From: Macrostomum hystrix
Taxonomy: Eukaryota > Animalia > Platyhelminthes
DNA length: 64,000 nt
Assembly (NCBI GenBank): GCA_950097015.1
Contig: CATNEN010000039.1
Coordinates: forward strand, 11,656,001-11,720,000
Direction of reading: 5' to 3'
Shown here one piece after another: positions 1-11,051 of the stretch. Each line of letters opens with the position of its first letter. The stretch's first letter is position 1. A model generated the notes under the pieces. It did no database searches, had not been told where the DNA came from, and saw only the letters and a list, made by a program, of their open reading frames with translations. The position numbers and the translations under genes are program-made.

Positions 1-128
1 CACGTTGTGGCGATTTAGCAATTAACCATATTTTATTTCACAGCACAGACTAAAGGAGATTTGATAATTCAGTCAGCTTACTTCAAAAATAGGGCCAAAC
101 CGAACCTACGTCACAAATCCACTGCCAG

Positions 129-281
129 ATGTACCACAGCCCAGCTACATCAGACGAGGCAGCATTGTCAACCGTTTACTCAAACAACGGCTCAAAAGCT
201 CTGCTTCATCACCATGGCGACCTGCACCAAGAGCTGCCGGCACCGCTACCGCCACTGTACCCATTGATGAGTCTTGAACAT

Positions 282-347
<66 letters not shown>

Positions 348-1519
348 ATGCAGCATGAATTGCTATTAGTGAATCCTACTGACCAGCATACAAACTATTT
401 TTGCCAAGAATCAGCTGCTTCTGTAGAACAATACTATTATCAGCAGCAGCAGCAGCAGCTTCACCAAGGATTTTATCCCGAACCAGCTTATGATCCACAC
501 GGGTTATCTTACAATGCGGCCCTCCTGTGTCCAGAGTCTTATCAGCCGCATCATCAGCATCAGCAGCATCAGCATCAGCAGCAGCAGCAGAGATTATCAT
601 ACTTTGATCCAACCACAATGGGATTTCCGGTAAATTGATTAATTACAAATTAGTTATCGATCTACCAGGCGCTTTCCAATGCCCTAATGAATGCTTAATG
701 AAATATTTTACGCGAAACTCATTAAAGGATCCCATTTGCGGCTCGAGAACAGCTGATCTGTATGCCCACCAGCAGAACTATTATCAGCAGGTAAGTTTGA
801 CGAGATGCACTTTAGGGATTCACCAATTTTTGGGCATGGTTCGGCAACCTTATATGGCTATTTTGCCAATGTGATAATCCAAAATATAACTGCTGGCTGC
901 ATTGTCAGTGGAGAGATGAGATATGTGAGAGATGAGACAGGGGGAGAGATGAGACAGGGGGAGAGATGAGACAGGGGAGAGATGAGAAATGGAAGAAATG
1001 AAAAACAGGAGAGATGAGACACAGGAGAGATGAGACACAGGAGAGATGAGACACGGGAGAGATGAGACACGGGAGAGATGAGACACAGGAGAGATGAGAC
1101 ACGGGAGAGATGAGACACGGGAGAGATGAGACACAGGAGAGATGAGACACGGGAGAGATGAGATACGGGAGAGATGAGACACTGGAGACAGAATACATGG
1201 GAGAGATGAGACACGGGAGAGAGAAGACACGGGAGAGATGAGACACGGGAGAGATGAGACACTGGAGACAGAATACATGGGAGAGATGAGACACGGGAGA
1301 GATAAGACACGGGAGAGATGAGACACGGGAGAGATGAGACACTGGAGAGAGAAGACACGGGAGAGATGAGGCAGGGGAGAGTAAAGGCGTTGTTTTGCGA
1401 GATATGGGGTCCATTCATGCACTGCAAAGATGTCCTTTCTACGAAAGCTTTAAAGTACGACCTTCTGATCACCCATCAATCACAAGCAGCAGCATCTGCA
1501 ATCGTCGACTCCACTGCAA

Positions 1520-1583
<64 letters not shown>

Positions 1584-2490
1584 CACCACCGCCAGTGACG
1601 TCTCCAATACATCAGCCAGCAAAGCGTAATCATCAGAATCAGCAGCAGCAGCAGCCCTCCGTTTCGAAGCCAGTGGCCAAATCGGCTGCTAAATCGAAGC
1701 AAGCCAATGCCCAGTCCCAGCAGCCACCTGCTTCGGCGTCAACCGGGCTTCAGCATCAGCAGCAGCTGCCATCAACATCGTCAGCAAAGGCGTCGGAATC
1801 AGCCAGCCGGCAGATTTCATCGCCGACATCGGCTTCAAAGCTTCGGGGCAGCAACGGCTACGAGCGCAGGCGGCGCCTGCTAGGCGACATCAGCAGAGCT
1901 TCGGCTGAGCTGACTGCGGCCGCGTCGCTGATTCAAGTCGCTGGCAACCCAAGCAGGAAGGCCAACAGTCGGGGCAGCAAGGCCGCTTCCAGCAGCAGAG
2001 AGGACGACAATTTCAGCGACAGCAACGACGACGAAGACTTCGCCAGCGATGATATCGACTTTCGAGAGGACAACGACGATGATGACGAAGATGACGCGAA
2101 CTTGACCCCGGAGGAGAAACTGCAACGGGAGAAGGCCAGGAGACACGCCAACAATGCGAGAGAGAGGTGAGCACTCATCATCAAACCATAATTAGAGAAA
2201 AAATACTATTCTTATTCCTATGTTCCAACTCCAAGATCCCAATCTAGGAGCAGATTGATCAGATCCGAAGAATGTTTATCCCAAATATGGGAATACAGAC
2301 CAATTTACTAATAATTGGTCTCGTCAAATTTATGACCTTGAAATCCCAGAAATCTTATTCGAAACCGTGCATTATTTAAATAAAGCAAACGCGACAATAT
2401 TTAGGCTCCGAGTTAAAGACATCAACGATGCGTTCAAAGAGCTAGGAGAAATGGTTGACCTGTACAGCGGCTGCATTGAAATTAACAATT

Positions 2491-2527
<37 letters not shown>

Positions 2528-5500
2528 ACTGACAAAGCTTGCTGTACTGCAGCAGGCAGTCAATATAATTTCTTTCCTCGAGCAGCAAGTTCTAGGTTCG
2601 ATGAGTCTTTGCTCTGATGCCAGGCAATTTGTTGCAACAATCTATATTTTCCGATTGCATTGTTTTGCTGTGAATAATCAATTAGTTATTAGGTGAAAAT
2701 TAGCTCATCGTAAAGGGAGGATAATTTTGATCCATTGGTAGCTATCTCCTGCTTTTAGAAGTCTGTTAAAATTGTTTTTGACAGTCTATCAGGTTATCAG
2801 TTTAACAGTCTGTAATACTTTGATCAGAGAGTTTCCACTACCGTGTGCAGTGAAGGTGTCGGTTAACAAATCAATGACCAATAGTTTGCCTATTCAATGA
2901 AAAACTGCACGCAGGATTCGAGTCCGCGACATCAACGGCGCATTCAAAGAGCTCGGCCGCATGACGATGATGCACTTGAAGTGTGAGAAGCCTCAAACAA
3001 AACTGTGCGTACTTCAACAGGCTGTCACTGTGATAACGGCCCTCGAGCAGCAAGTCAGAGGTCTTTGTAGCCATTTGTATGAGCTAACTAATTTTTCATT
3101 TTTCGCTGATTAGTTCTGCGGTGTCGCGATGGTTGTTTTCTAAAACTTCTAATTGAAATGTTTGAATGAGTGAAATCTAATTTCATATTCGCATCAGCCA
3201 ATCACAGTTGCCCTGTAAAATATAACAGAGCCCACAATGTACACACGACATCAGCCAATCGCAGTTGCCCTGTAAAATATAACAGAGCCCACAATGTACA
3301 CACGACATCAGCCAATCGCAGTTGCCCTGTAAAATATAACAGAGCCCACAATGTACACACGACATCAGCCAATCGCGGTTGCCCTGTAAAATATAACAGA
3401 GCCCACAATGTACACACGACATCAGCCAATCGCAGTTGACCTGTAGATAGAACAGAACCAGAATGTACACACGACATAAGCCAATCACAGTTGCCATGTA
3501 AATAGCTCGTAGAACAGATCCATAATGTACACACGGGATCAGCCAGTCACAATTGCCCTGTAAAAAAGAACAAGCCACAATGTACACACGACATCAGCCA
3601 ATCACAGTTGCCCCATGAAACAACAGAGCCTGAATGTACACTTCACATCAGCCAATCATAGTAGCCCAGGCACAGAAGAGCTGAACCAATCACCAGTCAT
3701 CTTCAACGGAGTAAGATAAGCAAAGCGCAGTAATTAATTCATTCTTGCTTTTCATTTTGGTTGCAGAGCGCAACTTGAACCCTAAGGCGGCTTGTCTGAA
3801 GCGACGCGAGGAGGAGAAATCGAGCGGGGGCAGCGATCACGAGTTGCCGACAATTCGTGCTTCTTCAAGCGGTTTAGCTGGCCAAACAGCCTGCGACAGT
3901 AAGGTAAATAGGGGAGACAAAACATTATCTGTCATCCGCGCATTCTCACTGCTTATCCTATATTTAATTCCCAGCTAATGCTCGCACTAATCGCATGTGT
4001 TATTTAACATCGAAACAAGATTAACAGCATCTAGCGCTAACATTATTTCAGGACTAACTGAAGTCTGAATGCCGAAGATCTAAAAACTCCGATTCTAAAC
4101 TCGTTAATCCCGAACATACGAAAATTTAATTGCAATTTTCTCAATCTAAACCCTCATTCCTTGCTATAAACTCAAGTCCTTAATCCCAAATATAAATCCG
4201 AATACATCCCGATTCTAAAACTAAATGCTTAATCCCTACTTCGAATCTCAATTCCTAATCCCGATTCTAAATTAGAATCCCAAAATCCGTAGAATCCACT
4301 AATTAATCCTGATATTTATCCCAAATCCTTAATCAATTTTATAAATCCTTAATGTCTTTTCCGGCTAGAAATTTCAATTCTTAATCCTTTTTTGTCAATT
4401 CCGATTTCAAACACGATTTCACGATTTCAAATCAAAAGTCCCCTAAATTCAGATCCTCAGTTCAAATACTTTATGTTGATTTTATGTTCCGATTCGTCGA
4501 TGTTTTTCGTACTAAAATTGTCATTATACTTCATAGTAAGTTTATCATTTTAATTAAACATTTTTTTTCATTTTGAGTTGCTACTGAAGTGATCAACGAG
4601 TTGAAGAGACAAAAACAAACAAAAAGTGCTGAGTTTGGTAAAACATATTTTACCTAAGAGCAAAACAAAATTTATATCATTCCTTTCAGTTCTCATCTCA
4701 GATAAATTTGCGGTGACACCAAAGAAAACAATTTTCAATAGCAGTTTCTGATAATTATTTTTGCATTTTCAACGGATTTAGTTCAGATCGGTGGCCGGTT
4801 CTGCCTTGTGCTCGTTGATTCCTAGAAATTTTGTTTTAGTAAACCACCAGTTGTTTTAATGGATTGGGTTGTTTTGGTACACATTTCCTACAACTCAGAT
4901 TATTGTCACTCTAACGCTCAGATCTTTGTCACCCAAGAACTCAGATCTTTGTCTCTTTACAACGCAGATCTTTGTCACTCTACAACTCAGATATTTGTCA
5001 CTGTACAACTCAGATCTTTGTCACTCTACAACTCAGATCTTTGTCACTTTACAAGCTAGATCTTTGTCACTCTTCAACTCAGATATTTGTCACTCTATGA
5101 CTCAGATCATTGTCACATTACAAGTCAGATCTTTGTCAATCAAAATCTGATTACTTTTGTCCAAACTTAGCACGGGTACATGTGGTATGCAGAAACAGTT
5201 TTTACCCCGGAGTTAAATTGAAAGTTTGTTAAAATGCGTGAAAGCAATTCAATGTGATCGTTTGATACTCGGTCGAGTTTTGATAAAGATTTGAAGAAAA
5301 AAATTATACAACTATTATTTATATATTTGTTTGAAAAATTGAAAAAAATCATACGTTTTATTCTAGCCTAGCTAGCTGGTCCAGAGGTACAAATGCCCGG
5401 CGCTTCCAAAGATTGTGTACAGCTTTTCCAGTCTGTGGACTGGGAAGGCCGCCATACTCTACCCCAGCTAGTGGCTGATTCTGGTACCAGTTTTACAGCT

Positions 5501-5830
5501 GGTTGAATAGATCTAGGAAATTATGTGTCTTTCTCAAGGACGCGAGTAGCTTTTATTAGACTGAGAGCTTCCGAACTTTGAGTCGAGTATGCATAAAAGT
5601 TTGTGAAAAATCACATTTCAGACTATCCACTGACTGCGGCTCCGCAGCTGGCACTCCCTAGCCAACCAGGGGCCAATTTTTATTGTCCATCCGAACCGCA
5701 CCACCTGGTACCATTGCCGCCACAGCAGCAACAACAGCAGCAGCAGCAACAGCCCAATTTTCAAGACAACTGCGGTAACACAATGCCTCACCAATACCTA
5801 ATGTACTATGCTTCTAGCGATCAGTTGATT

Positions 5831-5907
<77 letters not shown>

Positions 5908-6106
5908 AGACTCAAATAACTTATCTTCAAGCGATCGAATCGATGCCACAATCTCTGCTGCCATAGGCGAGCCCTACAATTGTTCCGCACATCAACGCCC
6001 TGACATTCCCGAAGATTCAGCTATGAGTTTTAGCGCTGACGAGTTCCTGCTGCCGCATCCGCCATCATCCACAAGCCAATCCAGACCTAGAGTGAGTACA
6101 CCCTAG
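129..6106 (+). CDS. Class I bHLH E-protein (daughterless / TCF3-TCF4-TCF12 family), spliced, polyQ-rich
   Basis: Diagnostic E-protein sequence [13 protein letters not shown]-[I/L]RV[R/K]DINxAFKELG...TKLxVLQQAV...[23 protein letters not shown]. Phase-consistent GT-AG exons: 129-629, 728-790, ~1487/1490-2166, [2405-2595 or 2915-3060], 3767-3898, 5622-6106. The 5' exons and start codon are less certain than the bHLH core. Confidence 0.9.
910..1380. repeat. Purine-rich minisatellite, ~16-bp unit GAGAGATGAGACACGG (intronic)
   Basis: Direct tandem repetition; same family as 61600-62800 in the opposite orientation. Confidence 0.95.
2405..2595 (+). CDS. Alternative HLH exon A (divergent, polyQ-expanded loop)
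   Basis: ttag|G CTC CGA GTT AAA GAC ... GTT CTA G|gttcga; encodes [17 protein letters not shown]...(Q)n [23 protein letters not shown]; 191 nt, phase 2 to phase 1. Confidence 0.75.
2915..3060 (+). CDS. Alternative HLH exon B (canonical type); absent from the ORF track
   Basis: gcag|G ATT CGA GTC CGC GAC ... GTC AGA G|gtcttt; encodes [48 protein letters not shown]; 146 nt, phase 2 to phase 1. Confidence 0.9.
3190..3690. repeat. 60-bp minisatellite (~8 copies, decaying at the 3' end)
   Basis: Unit catcagccaatcgcagttgccctgtaaaatataacagagcccacaatgtacacacga. Confidence 0.95.
4888..5140. repeat. 28-bp minisatellite
   Basis: Unit acaactcagatctttgtcactct(..) repeated about 9 times. Confidence 0.9.
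5390..5590 (-). mobile_element. Degenerate SINE copy related to the element at 39181-39477
   Basis: Minus strand reads gtccttgagaaagacac...ccagctgtaaaactggtaccag...tagctgggg, matching the core of the 39.2 kb SINE. Confidence 0.55.
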
Positions 6107-6691
6107 CAACAGCATAGCAACCGAGTTTCCTTATCGTTATCTGGACCTCCAAAGAAATAAAAGAAAAAAATGTTGCGATATTGTTGCACATGGTAGGTAA
6201 ACGGACAGCAGATTGTCCTACAGCTGATCGAGTATTCATTTTATAAATTATAAATGCAAAAAGTTACAAGCCGTGCTACAGTAAATTAACTGCTGCTTAA
6301 ATAATTTACATTGAGATAAAAAGGTAAAATTGTTTCGTTCTTTAGTTTCGTACAAGAACTTTTGTTTTTAATCGTCTTTTGAGTTAACTGGATAATTATC
6401 TTTCATGAGTTTTTGTCTCGTATATCTCGTACAAAGTCACATTTATGCACTGTCTATTGTGTGTTGACGTGAGAATGAAAACTTTTTGTTAAATCAAATA
6501 CAATTTGACTAATGCCAACAATATATATGATGCACGCATGAGAATTGCTACTGTAACTTCATTGCTGCAAGCTGTGCATTCGTCAAAGCGAAGCCGTTAA
6601 CCTAATTTGTTAGGTTCTGCCTTAATTAGCCTTTTGACTTCTGACTCATATACATAGTTACGAGTATGAACTCTGGCTGCTCACATAATAC

Positions 6692-6812
6692 TCAGCTGCT
6701 GACATTCTCTGATCCTTCAGCTGCTGACATTCTCTGATCCTTCAGCTGCTGACATTCTCTGATCCTTCAGCTGCTGACATTCTCTGATCCTTCAGCTGCT
6801 GACATTCTCTGA
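6692..6812. repeat. 23-bp minisatellite x5
   Basis: Unit tcagctgctgacattctctgatcct. Confidence 0.95.
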
Positions 6813-7059
6813 TGCTTTAGCGGACTTCACTGACACGTGTAACACCCGAGTACATTGCCAGACCGCCAGACCCCCATCCAGCTACAGGAACTTACTCCTG
6901 TACCTCCCTAATTTAAGCGGACTTACTGCCTTCAGGCGCACGTCTAAAGGCAGCCGCTGTGCCAAAAGGTCGAGAAAAAGCACAATGAAACGGACTTCCC
7001 CGACATTCTGACAATTTTGACGGATGAAAGCTCTCTTCGAAAGCTTTTGCCGATCTTCG

Positions 7060-7860
7060 ATCCCTTCCTTTAAGCTTTGGCGGACTTTCGAAACCTCCCT
7101 TATGCTTTGGTGGAGTGTCCGACACCTCCCTAATGCTTTGGCAGATTGTCGATACCTTCATTAAGCTTTGGTGGATTGTCGATACCTTCATTAAGCTTTG
7201 GTGGGATTGTCGATACCTTCATTAAGCTTTGGTGGATTGTCGATACCTTCATTAAGCTTTGGTGGATTGTCGATACCTTCCTTAAGCTTTGGTGGATTGT
7301 CGATACCTTCCTTAAGCTTTGGTGGATTGTCGATACCTCCCATAAGGTTTGGTGGATTGTCGATACCTCCCATAAGCTCTGGTGGATTGTCGATACCTCC
7401 CTTAAGCTTTGGTGGATTGTCGATACCTTTCTTAAGCTCTGGTGGATTGTCGATACCTTTCTTAAGCTTTGGTGGATTGTCGATACCTTTCTTAAGCTCT
7501 GGTGGATTGTCGATACCTTTCTTAAGCTCTGGTGGATTGTCGATACCTCCCATAAGCTCTGGTGGATTGTCGATACCTTTCTTAAGCTCTGGTGGATTGT
7601 CGATACCTTTCTTAAGCTTTGGTGGATTGTCGATACCTTTCTTAAGCTCTGGTGGATTGTCGATACCTTTCTTAAGCTTTGGTGGATTGTCGATACCTTT
7701 CTTAAGCTCTGGTGGATTGTCGATACCTCCCATAAGGTTTGGTGGATTGTCGATACCTCCCATAAGCTCTGGTGGATTGTCGATACCTTCATTAAGCTTT
7801 GGTGGAGTGTCCGATACCTTTATTAAGCTTTGGTGGAGTGTCCGATACCTCCCTTAAGTT
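7060..7860. repeat. 30-bp minisatellite (~26 copies)
   Basis: Unit ggtggattgtcgataccttYcttaagcttt. Confidence 0.97.
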
Positions 7861-8467
7861 TTGGAAATACTCAAAATCTTCACAACTGTTAATGTGTTAC
7901 ATATCAATACTTTGCTTAATTTAGCTTAAAATAGGCTTATCAATTATAAACGAAAAATGTTTGACATTGTTCGTAAATTTTATTTTTAGAAAATAGCACA
8001 CTGAACGAGTCATGCGACTGAAAGGTTTAATTTATTTGTATTGCCATGTTTTTTTAGCGAAAGTATCAATTATTGCACTGCTATTTGGAAAGATTAGTTG
8101 GGATAAAAATTACAACGACAAATTGGCTAGAAAATGCTTGAAAAACAGTTTATAGATTCCTAGAAAGGAAAATAAAGACAAGGCAGTTAAAGACAACAGT
8201 TGAAGAAAACAGCTGCAATACAGTAAATAGCACCAGAATTAATAAAATACACGCAGAGAGAAATGAGTCGAGAATAGCACAGCGTGCGAGGATGCTAAAT
8301 GAAGAGATGTGCTAGACCGGAATAAATAAGTAAATAAAATAAAGCAAATGCAGCACTTATTCAACTATAATTACTCGTATAAAGTAAAGCCTTCAATCCC
8401 ACGTGCTGGAGTAATCAGATATTTTAATTAAGAGAAGAGGTGATTGGATAACCAGTCGATCGGACGC

Positions 8468-9589
8468 TTAGAAGTCGGCGTCCATCTTGAACTCGCGATT
8501 GTTCTCGCCCATCACGCGGCTCATCACGCCGGCCTTCTGATATTCGCCGACTCGCTTCTCGAAGAAGTTGGTCTTGCCCTCCAGGCTGATGTTCTCCATG
8601 AAGTCGAACGGATTCTCCGAGTTGAAGGCCTTCGGGCAGTCGAGCTCGGTCAGCAGCCGGTCGGCCACGAACTCGATGTAGCGACACATCGAGGCGCAGT
8701 TCATGCCGATGAGAGACACCGGCAGGGCTTCGGTCAAGAAGCTCTGTTCGATGGCCACGGCGTCCCTGATGATCTCGGTGATGCGTTCCTGACTTGGCGG
8801 CTGACGCAGGTGGCGGAACATCAGGCAGGCGAAGTCGGTGTGGAGGCCCTCGTCGCGGCTAATGAGCTCGTTGCTGAATGTCAGACCGGGCATGAGGCCG
8901 CGCTTCTTCAGCCAGAAGATGGCGGCGAAGCTGCCGCTGAAGAAGATACCTTCAACGGCTGCGAAGGCGACAATTCGCTCGCCGAAGGTGGCTCGCCGAT
9001 GTGAGATCCAGTTGAGCGCCCAGTCGGCCTTCTGGCGCACCGGCGGCAGGGTCTCGATGGCGTTGAACAGCAGGTCGCGCTTGGCCGGATCGCGAACGTA
9101 GCTATCGATGAGCAGCGAGTACATCTCCGAGTGGATGTTCTCAATCATGATCTGGAAGCCGTAGAAACAGCGGGCCTCAGGAATCTGCACCTCCTGGGCG
9201 AAGCGTTCGACAAGGTTCTCGTTGACTATGCCATCGGAGGCGGCAAAGAAGGCCAGAACGTAGGACACGAAGTGGCGCTCGTTGTCCGTGAGCCGCTTCC
9301 AGTCCTCCAGATCCTTGCTGAGGTCAACCTCCTCGACTGTCCAGAAGCTGGCCACGGCCTTCTTGTACATCTGCCAGATGTCGTGGTACTGAATCGGCAT
9401 GATCACAAATCGGTGGGGATTTTCGCGCAGCAGAGGCTCCTCCAGCTCCTCTGGATGCTGCTGACGCTCCTTCTTGACTGGACTGTCGCCAGCAGATGAA
9501 GACAGCTTCTTCATGGGGCTTAGCAGCGGCTTTGAGGCATCGGTCGGCTGCTGGGGTGGTGGAATATTTTCGATCTCGACTGGGTCCAT
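8468..9589 (-). CDS. RRM2: Ribonucleoside-diphosphate reductase small subunit (R2), intronless
   Basis: 373 aa ORF with [47 protein letters not shown] (iron ligands, radical Tyr), [30 protein letters not shown]-terminal DADF. Confidence 0.99.
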   Translation of the reverse strand: MDPVEIENIPPPQQPTDASKPLLSPMKKLSSSAGDSPVKKERQQHPEELEEPLLRENPHRFVIMPIQYHDIWQMYKKAVASFWTVEEVDLSKDLEDWKRLTDNERHFVSYVLAFFAASDGIVNENLVERFAQEVQIPEARCFYGFQIMIENIHSEMYSLLIDSYVRDPAKRDLLFNAIETLPPVRQKADWALNWISHRRATFGERIVAFAAVEGIFFSGSFAAIFWLKKRGLMPGLTFSNELISRDEGLHTDFACLMFRHLRQPPSQERITEIIRDAVAIEQSFLTEALPVSLIGMNCASMCRYIEFVADRLLTELDCPKAFNSENPFDFMENISLEGKTNFFEKRVGEYQKAGVMSRVMGENNREFKMDADF

Positions 9590-9714
9590 TGTTGACTATT
9601 TTGCTATTTAGTTTAACACGTAAACTGAAATGGAGATGCAATATATTGTTAAGTAAAATTACGTTTAGTTTAACACTACTTTATGAAATAATATGCTACC
9701 GTGTGAGCAGGATA

Positions 9715-10610
9715 GGCGAGGGTGTGGGAGGGGTAGGAGCTGAGTGTGGGAGGGGTAGGAGCTGAGTGTGAGAGGGGTAGGAGAGGGGTAGGAGCTGAGT
9801 GTGAGAGGGGTAGGAGAGGGGTAGGAGCTGAGTGTGAGAGGGGTAGGAGAGGGATAGGAGCTGAGTGTGAGAGGGGTAGGAGAGGGGTAGGAGCTGAGTG
9901 TGAGAGGGGTAGGAGCTGAAGGTGAGAGGTGGGGTAGGAGAGGGGTAGGGGCTGAGTGTGAGAGGGGTAGGAGAGGGGTAGGAGCTGAGTGTGAGAGGGG
10001 TAGGAGCTGAGGGTGAGAGGTGGGGTAGGAGAGGGGTAGGAGCTGAGGGTGAGTGGGGTAGGAGCTGAGGGTGAGTGGGGTAGGAGCTGAGGGAGAGGGG
10101 TAGGAGCTGAGAGTGAGAGGTGGGGTAGGAGAGGGTTAGGAGCTGAGGGTGAGTGGGGTAGGAGCTGAGGATGAGAGGGGTAGGAGCTGAGAGTGAGAGG
10201 TGGGGTAGGAGAGGGGTAGGAGCTGAGGGTGAGTGGGGTAGTAGCTGAGGGTGAGAGGGGTAGGAGCTGAGTGTGAGAGGGGTAGGAGCTGAGTGTGAGA
10301 GGGGTAGGAGAGGGGTAGGAGCTGAGTGTGAGAGGGGTAGGAGCTGAGTGTGAGAGGGGTAGGAGAGGGGTAGGAGCTGAGTGTGAGAGGGGTAGGAGAG
10401 GGGTAGGAGCTGAAGGTGAGAGGTGGGGTAGGAGAGGGGTAGGGGCTGAGGGTGAGAGCAGTAGGAGAGGGGTAGGAGCTGAGTGTGAGAGGGGTAGGAG
10501 CTGAGAGTGAGAGGTGGGGTAGGAGAGGGGTAGGGGCTGAGGGTGAGAGGGGGGTAGGAGAGGGTATGAGAAGGGCTGAGAGAGGGTCGAGAGGGGATGA
10601 GAGAGGGTAA
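9715..10610. repeat. G/purine-rich complex satellite (GAGAGGGGTAG / GAGCTGAGTGT modules)
   Basis: Visible modular tandem repetition with G4 runs, immediately upstream of RRM2. Confidence 0.95.
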
Positions 10611-11051
10611 TTTAAACAGTTTTTCATCGGACATCATTTCAAGTGTTTTCTACTTTAAGTTTTTTAAAATAACAATACACTTGAAATAAATAAATCCAAA
10701 ATTAAATTCTGTTTAAATCCTACTTAAAACCCTATTAACAGTAGTATGTGTAGCGATAGAATTATTGCGCAAAAAAGTAAAAAAAAATTCATTCAGATTA
10801 TAGACTTTAAAGAAGGCTAGATTGCATAGTATATATAGTCATGCAAGGCAATATTTACAGTTAATCGCAAGCACTAATCGATCGATCCAATCCTGACAGT
10901 TATTACAGAAAATGCTTTAAAAAATTCAACACGCCAATAGTTATTAAATAAAATCATTGCAGTGAATTGTACTGGTATTACTAGTGTATAATAACCAGAG
11001 AAATAAAATTTCATGCGCAATCAACAGATTGTTGAGTATTTATCTCGGTTC

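Noticed and set aside
850-1472. Long ORFs with periodic sequence (also 7130-7857, 9696-10637, 13195-14344, 32477-32941, 35896-36652, 50139-50781, 60263-60514)
   Set aside because: Translations of stop-free minisatellites, open in several frames or strands and often lying inside introns of well-supported genes
7060-7860. CRISPR-like appearance of ~30-bp repeats
   Set aside because: Units are head-to-tail without unique spacers; no cas genes; eukaryotic context
8424-9765. Antisense and alternative-frame ORFs over RRM2 (similarly over SETDB1, PKA-RII, SAXO, INPP1)
   Set aside because: Shadow ORFs caused by high GC3 codon usage
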